A stretch of 64,000 nucleotides of DNA, taken from the NCBI GenBank assembly GCA_964016885.1, contig OZ024742.1, positions 27,652,001-27,716,000 on the forward strand, in the 5' to 3' direction. The position numbers and the translations under genes were made by a program. Below are positions 25,168 through 37,500 of this stretch, one piece after another. Each line of letters opens with the position of its first letter. Position 1 is the stretch's first letter. The notes beneath the pieces are model-generated. The model did no database searches and had not been told where the DNA came from. It saw only the letters and a program-made list of their open reading frames with translations. The stretch comes from Eledone cirrhosa. Lineage: Eukaryota.

Positions 25168-25617
25168 CTAAAATTCATAACCAGAGGTGAGGGTTGGCAT
25201 GAACACCAAATTGAAGATAGTAATTTTGGCTTTTACACCTTCCTCCCTTCTTCTGATGACTAAATTGAAGATAGCAAGTTTGGCTTTTACACCTAATCCC
25301 CTTCTTCCGATGACCAAATTGAAGATAGCTAGTTTGGCTTTTACACCTAACCCCCTTCTTCCGATGACCAAATTGAAGATAGCTAGTTTGGCTTTTACAC
25401 CTAACCCCCTTCTTCCGATGACCAAATTGAAGGTAGCAAGTTGGGCTTTTACACCTAACCCCCTTCTTCTGATGACCAAATTGAAGATAGCTAGTTTGGC
25501 TTTTACACCTACCTCCCTTCTTCTGATTGAATTGAAGATAGTGAGTTTGGCTTTTACACCTACCTCCCTTCTTCTGATTGAATTGAAGATAGTAAGTTTG
25601 GCATTTATACCCTTCTT
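25168..25617 (-). repeat. 54/51-bp minisatellite (~7.5 copies) derived from RTE-like coding sequence
   Basis: aattgaag recurs at 25209, 25263, 25317, 25371, 25425, 25479, 25530, 25581. The unit encodes LVIGRRGLGVKAKLAIFN and runs into VFMPTLTSGYE. Confidence 0.85.
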
Positions 25618-25719
25618 GTGTCATGGCATACTTAGAAGCCCAAATAAACAAACATTTCAGATTAAGGTCTGACAACAATTTCCATAAATAACCATTGGAC
25701 AACTGGAACCATTATATAA

Positions 25720-26885
25720 ATGGTTGATTTAAATTTTGGGCAGGCCATCTGGATCGTCAAACTAATTAGTTGAAAAGCATAATCAAATATATAAACCACA
25801 TTTATTTCAAATTAATTTTATCTGCAGAATCCTATCTGAAGACGAAATACAAATAGATGCAAGTTAATTTCCACCACTCATGTTTCAGCAGCAGTTTACA
25901 ACAACTACATAGATAAAATATTGATAATCAATGTTCACAATAGGATTTTAATTCCCAAAAGGAACTGCACAGGTTTTCATCAAAATGTCATTCCCAGTAT
26001 TCAATTTATAATTGAATACTGCATTGTTTTTTTTTTTAATTCTTAATCATCAAAAGGGTCACCTACACCGAAACTGTCATCTTCAAACCAAATGATTCAA
26101 TTCAATATTTGTTATTTTCTTTATACATTCCAAAACATACAAGAACAAATGTACTACTTACTATAGCAAGAAGAATGTGCATAATTTTAAAACATGTTTT
26201 AATAAACAATTTCCAGAACTAAGGAGTACCTTACTCAAATGACATTACACACTAACATTAATCAATAACAGGATAGAAAGTGCAAAGACAATAGATATTC
26301 AGGAATTATAAAACAAAAAACCCAAAGACAGTTCAGATACTTTATATAACAGCACACATCTCAAGGAATACAGATGCATACAACATCCCAACCCCTGCAT
26401 AACATTAACAATGAAAGGTCCAAGAATGAAAAAGGCTCTCTAACCATACAATACCATTAATAGTAAAAGACAACAAAAATCATCCAAGAAATATATTACC
26501 AGCATCAAACTACCCTTCAAAATTATAACTCCAATAGTCAAAAACTGTGGTTGTCTTAATTACAATCTACATGAGTCTTATAGGAAGCACATCTTATGAA
26601 TTTAAATCATGCACACCAAAGAATTACATTTTTGTTATTAATTATGATTGGTGGAATGTGACAAACAGGACTAAATGTGAGAAACCAAATGACTGGTCAC
26701 CATCAACAAAATACAGATCTAATAAGTACTAAATAAATGCATATTTATTAAAATCTGGTTTTATCTTTAATACAAAAAATATCTTCAAAATATACCAAAT
26801 CTTCCTACTATATCAATGTCTTGACAAAACTACAGATCAACTTTGGATGAATAAAGAAAATATCTAGGTGAATATTTCCTGTGAG
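25720..26885 (+). pseudogene. Decayed Penelope-like element (RT C-terminus + GIY-YIG endonuclease)
   Basis: 26043-26190 reads LIIKRVTYTETVIFKPNDSIQYLLFSLYIPKHTRTNVLLTIARRMCII (PLE RT motif 7/thumb-like). 26600-26712 reads FKSCTPKNYIFVI then, after a frameshift, QTGLNVRNQMTGHHQQ (GIY-YIG-like). YQIFLLYQ near 26792. Ends are approximate. Confidence 0.75.
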
Positions 26886-27679
26886 TAAAACAACAAAAAA
26901 TCAGCAAAACTAATAAAGAAGGATCAAGATTTTACATGTGGCAACAGTTTTAAGTGACTATGTCTTTTTAAACATCAATCATATAAGGCAACTAATAACA
27001 AACAAAACAGAAAACAAACCAATAATCACAATAACACATTCTTCTATGGCTTATAACAGATTTCTTTTGAAATGTGAAACCTTAATCATAGAATCACTCA
27101 TGAGTGAATTGTAAGTTATTATCATTGGATATAGTTTTAGCTTTAGCCAAACCCATATATATATATTTCTGAAAAGGATTTCTACAATCTCAGACTTAGA
27201 TTTTCAACTCATTAAAAACTCATCAATCATTCGTTTCCTGGGCTGTCAAATTCAATGACAATATAAACTGCAACACAAAAAATGTAATCTTTATTTCCAG
27301 CAGTCAAGAGGTGTATTTGTTGTCTTCAAACTATCAAGCTAGCCTGCAACTATTTCCTTCTATCAACAAAAACAGCCTATTGCACATCATATATAAATGC
27401 ATGCTACACCACTACAACTACTACACATTGACTTCTGGTAATTATCTGCATAACATGCATATAAATGTAACATGCTAATACAGTGTAACAAACGGCAACT
27501 GTTGAACTTTGCGCATAACATGCATTTACATACAGTGTATCACATCAACATAAACAGCTTCTGTGGAACATTCACTTTTGTGAGTTAGTTGCTTGGATAC
27601 AACCAAACCAATCCAATATATTCATTAAAAGCTGTAGGATGTGTAACATTAAGCTGCTATAAAGTTTTATCATGTTTAA

Positions 27680-28256
27680 TGTTGTTCTTCTTCACCCACG
27701 TATCCCTGGGAGGGTCATGGGGGCAGAGTCCTCAAACACCTCCTCCCAGTTATTCCTGTCAGAAGCCCTACCCCCATCTTAAATTGATCCAGCTGGATAC
27801 CCAAGTGAGATCAGCTGAGCTCATGGATGTTATTTAACCATCTTGCTTGGGGGTTTACTCCTAGGTCACCTACAGATTGGTCTTGCCTGTAAAATCTGTC
27901 CAGTAATTTTTTCCTGAGACATTCTAACAACATGCCCATAGTATCGGAGTTATAATCTCTGAATATCAGAGAAGTAGTGTTTCTACATGGAATGACACTG
28001 ATCTCTAAGTTACACACTCTATCGAGTAACATTGCACCAAAGACCCTTTGGAGGAACTCCATTTCAACCACTTGTATTTGTGACCGTATTCTTTCGGTCA
28101 TTACCCAAGGTTCATAACTATAGTTAAAGATTGGCACAAATACTGAATTGAAGAGAGTGAGTTTGGCTTTTGCCCCTAACTTCCTTCTTTTGATGACTAG
28201 ATTTAAGATTGCACGTTTGGCTTTTACACTAACCTCCCTTCTTCTGATGACCAAAT
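27680..28256 (-). mobile_element. Old RTE-like LINE C-terminal fragment with 2x54-bp duplication
   Basis: KAKLTLFNSVFVPIFNYSYEPWVMTERIRSQIQVVEMEFL. The segment duplicated at 28146-28254 is the one amplified at 25209-25617. Confidence 0.8.
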
Positions 28257-28661
28257 ATTGAAACTCGCACATTATATCTTGTTTAATCTCACTTATAAAT
28301 ATTCATCTTTGGAAAGCCATATAAAAATAACTAGAATTTTATTAAACAAGAATGTTATTTAACCCTTTTGATATCAACTAGCACCAAAACAACTTTTTTA
28401 TAGGTTTATATAAATTAAAATCTTCCAACATAGAGAAGCTTTTATCATGTTATGTTACGATGTTATGAATGCCAAAATAACGCAATAAGTTTATAAATTA
28501 CCCCACATTCATCATTAATTGATTAAAGTAAAGTGCACTTCATTTGAAATAAATGAAAAAAGGAAACATTGCTAAATGATCAATGTATTCTCAACTTATA
28601 TTTTGTTTTCATATTTCAACTTGCGTGTAAGAAAACATTTTCCAGAATATATATAGATATA

Positions 28662-28950
28662 AATATGGCTATATTGTTAGGTACAGAAATGGCAGTGTTG
28701 TTAGGTAAAGATAAGGCTGTGTTGTTAGTTGTAGATATGGCTGTGTTGTTAGCTGTAGATATGGCTGTGTTGATAGCTGTAGATATGGCTGAGCTTTTAG
28801 GTACAAATATGGCTGTGTTGTTAAGTAATTCATTTAATCCTGGGTTTAGTTCTAATGTGTGGCACCTTGGGCAAGTGTCTTATATCAACCAGTGACTCGT
28901 GAGTGGAGTTTCGTAGACATAACTGTGTTGTAGTCCATCTTATATACATG
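28662..28950 (+). mobile_element. SINE (family C) with its 5' head expanded as a 21-bp tandem repeat
   Basis: About 7-8 copies of gtagatatggctgtgttgtta(g), then gggtttagttct...gtggcaccttgggcaagtgtctt...gtgagtgga, followed by (TG)n. Confidence 0.6.
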
Positions 28951-30555
28951 TACTTGTGTGCTTGTGTGTGCGTGCGTGTGAGTCTGTGTGCATGTGTGTG
29001 TGTGTGTGAGTATGTGTGCATTTGTGTGTTTGTGTGTCTATGTTTGTGTGTGTTTGTGTGTATGTGTGTCTGTGCTTGTGCATTTGTCTCTGTGCATGTA
29101 TGTGTGTGTGTGTCTCTTCTTGTGTATTAGTGTGTATATATGTGTATGTGTGGGTGTGCTTGTGTGTCCATGTGTGTCTGTGTTACTGTGTGCATGTGTG
29201 TATGTGCTTGTGTGTGTATCTGTGCTGGAATGTATGTGTTTATATTTATTGTTTAGTCATGTACTGTAATAGTTCAATGCAAAAAGATGGAGTACCAGGC
29301 AAACAAATATATATCAGGTTCAAAGGGGGGTCAACTATTGAGTAGCTCAGTGTGGCCACAGTCTAATGGCTGAAACACATAAAAATTTAGAATACATACA
29401 TATATATACATATATATATACACACGCATATATATACATATACACACACATATATATATATACATATACACACATATATATGCACACACATATATACATA
29501 TACACACACATATATATATACATGTATGCATATACATATACACATGTATACATGCATATACAATTATACATACATGCTAGCGTGGAAGATGGATGTTAAA
29601 TGATGATGAGGATGATGATGATACACATCTATCCATATATATCATCATCATCATCATCATCATCATTTTACGTCCGCTTTTCCCTGCTTGTATATACTTG
29701 TATATACACATATACATATATACAAATACATATACACATGTATATATACATATACATATATACACAAATACATACACATATATACATATACAAATACACA
29801 CAAATACATACACATATATACAAATACACATACACATATACACATATATATATATATACACAGACATATATATATATACATATACATATCCATATACACA
29901 TATATATATATACATATACACACATATATGTATATATACATATACACATCCATATACACATATATATAAATACACATATATATATACACACATATATGTA
30001 TATATACATATACACATATATATTCATATATATCATCATCATCATCATCATCGTTTAACGTCCATGTTCCACGCTTGCATGGGTTTATATTTATATATAT
30101 ATATACACATATACATATATATATGTATGTATATATATTACTACATACATACACACATATATATACATATATATATACATACATACATACATATATATAT
30201 ACATACATACACACATACATATACATATATATATATATACATACATACACATATATATACATATATATATATATACATACATACACATATATATGCATAT
30301 ATATACATACACATATATAATATATATATATATATATATATACTTACATACACACATACATATATATATATACATATATATATATACATGCATACGTATA
30401 TATATATACAGAGAGGGAGAGGGAGAGAGATAAATACATACAAATATATATACATTTACATATGCACACACAATTACACACACACACACATACACACACA
30501 CATGTATATATATATATATATATATGTAGATGCTCATATGTATATGTGTATGTAA
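28950..30555. repeat. (TG)n/(TACA)n/(TA)n microsatellite field with tiny RTE tails
   Basis: RTE 3' termini at ~29573-29620 (+), ~29641-29690 (-) and ~30032-30085 (-). Confidence 0.85.
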
Positions 30556-31426
30556 AGGTATTTTGCAATATGCCTAACCATAGAACCATAATCATGGGAT
30601 TGGAATGGTAATGTATGCAGTAATGGTGAATGTGGTACTGGTGGTGGAATGGGGGGTAATGTTGATGAAGGTGGTGGAGGGGATAGTGGTAATTGTCATG
30701 TCTGTGTGTTGCTATATTTACACACATTTTGTGAAAAGCCAGAAACGGAAATATCCTATTATTGAGCTGAATGAATGCTGGCTGATTATTGAACCTTCAG
30801 AGTTGACCATTAATGGAACCTTAGGTATGATGTTGTTGTTATTGTTGTTGTTGTCGTTAAGTACAGTCTGCAATCTCAACCATTTCTCTCATGCTTCTTC
30901 TTCTTCTGTAACTCACAACACTGGTCTCTCTCTCATTTGTAAGCCAATCCTTTGGCTTATATGTCCATCATCCCTCTATAGACCGCTCCTTCACTTTCTG
31001 CTCTCTATACAGGCTTTATCTACAGGATAACTCAGAGTTTCCTGTCAGGCCTATATAACTTCCTCAATGAAACAAAAGTCTTCCTGAAACAGTATTCAAC
31101 AGGTGGAATAAAATGGAATATAATGGATCTCCACCTGTTTCCATGATGAGTGTTCCAGTTAATCAATCAACCAATCAAATAAATAAACAGCCAGCCTTCT
31201 CATGAAATTAACCAGTAAATGACTGAGCACTCCATAGACACACGTACCAATATGGTAATTCTCAGGGAGATTCAGCCTAACACAGTGTGTGTCAAGGTTG
31301 TTCCTTTGGATACAAGTATGGTTCATTTGATAGGCTTCCAAACAGTTTCTGTCTACCAAACTTCACCCACAAAGTATCAGATAAAAATTACATATGGCAA
31401 TATAGTATATACACAGCCCTGCTGCA

Positions 31427-31634
31427 ATACTACATGCTACTACTACTATTACTACTACTATCACTACTACTACCACCAGTACTGCTACAACTATTATCAC
31501 TACCACTACTACTACAACTACTACTACCACCACTACTACTACCACCACTACCAGTACTACTACCTCCACCATTACTATCACTACCACTACTTCTACAACT
31601 ACTACCACCACCACTACTACTAATACCACCACAC

Positions 31635-31672
<38 letters not shown>

Positions 31673-31685
31673 ACTACTACTACTA
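31427..31685. repeat. (ACT)n/(ACC)n low-complexity tract
   Basis: Direct inspection. Confidence 0.9.
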
Positions 31686-32369
31686 AATAAAGTACCAGTA
31701 ATACACTGGAGTTGATTTAATCGACTTTCCCCTTCCCCCCAAATTGTTGACCTTGTGTCTAAATCTGAAACCATTTCAGGTTTGAGAAGCATCATATTAT
31801 TTTTGTGAGGGATGTGCAGATATTTTGTCAACCCCCAAGAATGTTGGTGGGGATAACTACATAGGTTGTAAGGTTAGACCAGTGTTGAAAGGGTTAAGGA
31901 TCTTTACTTCGGCTACATCACAACACAGTATCTACCCAATAAGGAATGACATAGTAAACATTTGATTGATTGTCACTACCACCCTATCAATATAATCATT
32001 CCACATTATCACAAACCTTTTTGAGAAATTCTTGTATTTTTTCATAGGTTTTTGGGTGGGGTTGGGGGGTGGGTGGGTGGGGGGATTAAAAGGAATTAAG
32101 AATAGCTACATGCCATCTCCTACTGCACAAATACAACAATAATAACAGCAACAACAATAAAATGAACAACTCGTAGATTCTAACTAACAAGGTAAAATTA
32201 AAAATTTTTTAAATAAATTTAAAAATAAATAAAAATTCTATCAATTTTGAAAGTAAATTGAGATTTTATTGGATTCCTTAAGCTGAAAGGAATGGTTGAG
32301 ATAAACAGGAGTTAGATAACAGTTTTAGAATTACAATACTCTGGAATCAACAACAAACTGTTATCAGCC

Positions 32370-34560
32370 TTATCACCATCATCATCAGCGTCATCAACAT
32401 CACAGTCATTATTGTCATCAATATTATCATCATCAGTGTCATCACCATCACAATCATTATTGTCATCACAATTATCATCATCACCGTCCTCACCATTACA
32501 ATCATTATTGTCATCACAATCATCATTGCAGCCAGCATTATTATCATCATCATCTGCATTACCATTACAATCATTATTGTCATCACAATCATCATTGCAG
32601 CCAGCATTATCGTCATCATCATTTGCATCACCATCACAATCATTATTGTCATCACAATCATTATTCCAGTTAACATTATCATCATCAGTGTCATCACCAT
32701 CACAATCATCATTGCAGCCAGCGTTATCATCACCTACATCACCATCACAATCATCATTGTTATTTTCACCATCACAATCATTATTATCATCAATATTATC
32801 ATCATCAACTGCATCACCATCACAATCATTATTATCATCAGAAGATTAGCAGTATCGGTAGAGCGTCGGACAATATGCTTTGCAGCATAGAGTTACATCT
32901 CTTTATGGTCTGAGTTCAAATCCCGCCGAAGCTAACTTTGCCTTTTATCCTTACGGGGTCGATAAAATAAAGTACCAGTCACACACTGGGGTCGATTTAG
33001 TCAACTTCCTCCTCCCCCAAAATTGCTGGCCTTCTGTCTATATAAGAAACCATTATCATCACAATCATCATTGCAGCCAGCATTATCATCATCACCGTCA
33101 TCACCATCATAATCATTATTGTCATCACAATCATCATTGCAGTCAACATTATCGTCATCACCATCATAATCATTATTGTCATCACAATCATCATCATTGT
33201 CCCCACCGTCACAATCATCATCATTGTCCCCACCATCACAATCATCATCATTGTCCTCACCATCACAATCATCATCATTGTCCCCACCATCACAATCATC
33301 ATCATTGTCACCACCGTCACAATCATCATCATTGTCCTCACCATCACAATCATCATCATTGTCCTCACCATCACAATCATCATCATTGTCCCCACCATCA
33401 CAATCATCATCATTGTCCCCACCGTCACAATCATCATCATTGTCCTCACCATCACAATCATCATCATTGTCCCCACCCACCGTCACAATCATCATCATTG
33501 TCCCCACCGTCACAATCATCATCATTGTCCTCACCGTCACAATCATCATCATTGTCCTCACCATCACAATCATCATCATTGTCCCCACCGTCACAATCAT
33601 CATCATTGTCCCCACCGTCACAATCATCATCATTGTCCTCATCATCACAATCATCATCATTGTCCCCACCGTCACAATCTTCATCATTGTCCTCACCATC
33701 ACAATCATCATCATTGTCCCCACCGTCACAATCATCATCATTGTCCTCATCATCACAATCATCATCATTGTCCCCACCGTCACAATCATCATCATTGTCC
33801 CCACCGTCACAATCATCATCATTGTCCTCACCATCACAATCATCATCATTGTCCCCACCGTCACAATCATCATCATTGTCCCCACCGTCACAATCATCAT
33901 TATTGTCCCCACCGTCACAATCACCATTATTGTCCCCACCGTCACGATCATCATCATTGTCCCCACCGTCACAGTCACCATTATTGTCCCCAACGTCACA
34001 ATCATCATCATTGTCCCCACCGTCACAATCACAATTATTTTCCCCACCGTAACAGACATCATCATCCCCAATATTATTATCCTTGTCTACATCATCATCA
34101 TCACCATCATCATTATCATCATGACCATCATCATTATCATCATTACCATCAACACTATTATCATCATCACAACATTATTATCATCACCTGTATCACCATC
34201 ACAATCATTATTGTCGCCAATATTATCATCCTCGTCTACATCACAATCATTATCATTCACACCGTCATTATCATTCCCACCGTCATTATCATTGCCACAG
34301 TCATCATGTTGTCAACATTATCATCCTCGTCTACATCATCATCATTATCATCACCACCATCAGTATTCACATCATTCTCATCACTATCAGTATTATTTCA
34401 CTATCATCATCATCATCATCATCATCCTCACCACCACCACATTATCCTAAATTTTACATCCCCACCATTGAAATCATTATCATCATTATCTTTGCTGTCA
34501 CCACAATAACCATCACCATCACCATCATCATGACATGTAATGTTATCTTCACAATCATCA
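32370..34560. repeat. (ATC)-derived cryptic repeat region containing a 27-bp minisatellite (~33180-34040, ~31 copies)
   Basis: Unit tcacaatcatcatcattgtccccaccg, with one phase shift near 33475. SINE A is inserted at 32845-33056. Confidence 0.9.
32845..33056 (+). mobile_element. SINE family A
   Basis: Same head, B box and central domain. Confidence 0.85.
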
Positions 34561-37500
34561 ACATTTGTTGGCTGTGCAAAATAAATGTGAAAGAAAGGCA
34601 GGGTTTGTATGAACTGATAGAGAAACTGGGTTTAAGAGGAATGCTAGGTGGCATGTAAGAGAGAAGACTGCATTGTTACAGACATGACTGGGTTTAAGAG
34701 GAATGCTAGGTGGCATGTGCAAGAGAAGACTGCATTGTTACAGACATGACTGGGTTTAAGAGGAATGCTAGGTGGCATGTAAGAGAGAAGACTGCATTAT
34801 TACAGACATGACTGGGTGTAAGAGGAATGCTAGGTAGCATGTAAGAGAGAAGACTGCATTATTACAGGCATGACTGGGTTTAAGAGGAATACTAGGTGGC
34901 ATGTAAGAGAGAAGACTTCATTATTATAGACATGACTGAGTTTAAGAGGAATACTAGGTGGCATGTAAGAGAGAAGACTGCATTATTACAGACATGACTG
35001 GGTTTAACAGGAATGCTAGTAGGCATGTAAGAGAGAAGACTGCATTGTTACAGACATGACTGAGTTTAAGAGGAATGCTAGGTGGCATGTACGAGAGAAG
35101 ACTGCTTTGTTACAGAGATGACTGGGTTTAAGAGGAATACTAGGTGGCATGTAAGAGAGAAGACTACATTGTTACAGACATGACTGGGTTTAAGAGGAAT
35201 GCTAGGTGGCATGTAAGATAGAAGACTGCATTGTTACAGACATGACTGGGTTTTAGAGGAATGCTAGGTGGTATGTAAGAGAGAAGACTGCATTGTTACA
35301 GACATGACTGGGTTTAAGAGGAATGCTAGGTGGCATGTAAGAGAGAAGACTGCATTGTTACAGACATGACTGGGTTTAAGAGGAATGCTAGGTGGCATGT
35401 AAGAGAGAAAACTGCATTGTTACAGAAATGACTGGGTTTAAGAGGAATGCTAGGTGGCATATAAGAGAGAAGACTGCATTGTTACAGAGATGACTGGGTT
35501 TAAGAGGAATGATAGGTGGCATGTAAGAGAGAAGACTGCATTGTTACAGACATGACTGGGTTTAAGAGGAATACTAGGTGCCATGTAAGAGAGAAGACTG
35601 CATTATTACAGACATGACTGGGTTTAAGAGGAATGCTAGGTGGCATGTAAGAGAGAAGACTGCATTGTTACAGACATGACTGGGTGTAAGAGGAATACTA
35701 TGTGGCATGTAAGAGAGAAGACTGCATTGTTAGAGACATGACTGGGTTTAAGAGGAATACTAGGTGGCATGTAAGAGAGAAGACTGCATTATTACAGACA
35801 TGACTGGGTTTAAGAGGAATGCTGGGTGGCATGTAAGAGAGAAGACTGCATTGTTACAGACATGACTGGGTTTAAGAGAAATGCTAGGTGGCATGTAAGA
35901 GTGAAGACTGCATTGTTACAGACATGACTGGGTTTAAGAGGAATGCTAGGTGGCATGTAAGAGAGAAGACTGCATTGTTAGAGACATGACTGGGTTTAAG
36001 AGGAATACTAGGTGGCATGTAAGAGAGAAGACTTCATTATTATAGACATGACTGAGTTTAAGAGGAATACTAGGTGGCATGTAAGAGAGAAGACTGCATT
36101 GTTACAGACATGACTGGGTTTAACAGGAATGCTAGTAGGCATGTAAGAGAGAAGACTGCATTGTTACAGACATGACTGAGTTTAAGAGGAATGCTAGGTG
36201 GCATGTAAGAGAGAAGACTGCTTTGTTACAGAGATGACTGGGTTTAAGAGGAATACTAGGTGGCATGTAAGAGAGAAGACTACATTGTTACAGACATGAC
36301 TGGGTTTAAGAGGAATGCTAGGTGGCATGTAAGATAGAAGACTGCATTGTTACAGACATGACTGGGTTTTAGAGGAATGCTAGGTGGCATGTAAGAGAGA
36401 AGACTGCATTGTTACAGACATGACTGGGTTTAAGAGGAATGCTAGGTGGCATGTAAGAGAGAAGACTGCATTGTTACAGACATGACTGGGTTTAAGAGGA
36501 ATGCTAGGTGGCATGTAAGATAGAAGACTGCATTGTTACAGACATGACTGGGTTTAAGAGGAAAGCTAGGTGGCATGTGAGAGAGAAGACTGCATTGTTA
36601 CAGACATGACTGGGTTTAAGAGGAATGCTAGGTGGCATGTAAGAGAGAAGACTGCATTGTTACAGACATGACTGGGTTTAAGAGGAATGCTAGGTGGCAT
36701 GTAAGAGAGAAGACTGCATTGTTACAGACATGACTGGGTTTAAGAGGAATGCTAGGTGGCATGTAAGAGAGAAGACTGCATTGTTAGAGACATGACTGGG
36801 TTTAAGAGGAATACTAGGTGGCATGTAAGAGAGAAGACTTCATTATTATAGACATGACTGAGTTTAAGAGGAATACTAAGTGGCATGTAAGAGAGAAGAC
36901 TGCATTATTACAGACATGACTGGGTTTAACAGGAATGCTAGTAGGCATGTAAGAGAGAAGACTGCATTGTTACAGACATGACTGAGTTTAAGAGGAATGC
37001 TAGGTGGCATGTACGAGAGAAGACTGCTTTGTTACAGAGATGACTGGGTTTAAGAGGAATACTAGGTGGCATGTAAGAGAGAAGACTACATTGTTACAGA
37101 CATGACTGGGTTTAAGAGGAATGCTAGGTGGCATGTAAGATAGAAGACTGCATTGTTACAGACATGACTGGGTTTTAGAGGAATGCTAGGTGGTATGTAA
37201 GAGAGAAGACTGCATTGTTACAGACATGACTGGGTTTAAGAGGAATGCTAGGTGGCATGTAAGAGAGAAGACTGCATTGTTACAGACATGACTGGGTTTA
37301 AGAGGAATGCTAGGTGGCATGTAAGAGAGAAAACTGCATTGTTACAGAAATGACTGGGTTTAAGAGGAATGCTAGGTGGCATATAAGAGAGAAGACTGCA
37401 TTGTTACAGAGATGACTGGGTTTAAGAGGAATGATAGGTGGCATGTAAGAGAGAAGACTGCATTGTTACAGACATGACTGGGTTTAAGAGGAATGCTAGG

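Noticed and set aside
32880-34450. Long His/Cys-, Ser- or Ile/Thr-rich ORFs (390, 424, 356 aa)
   Set aside because: By-products of a stop-free 27-bp minisatellite that is open in several frames on both strands. The 390-aa ORF starts inside a SINE.
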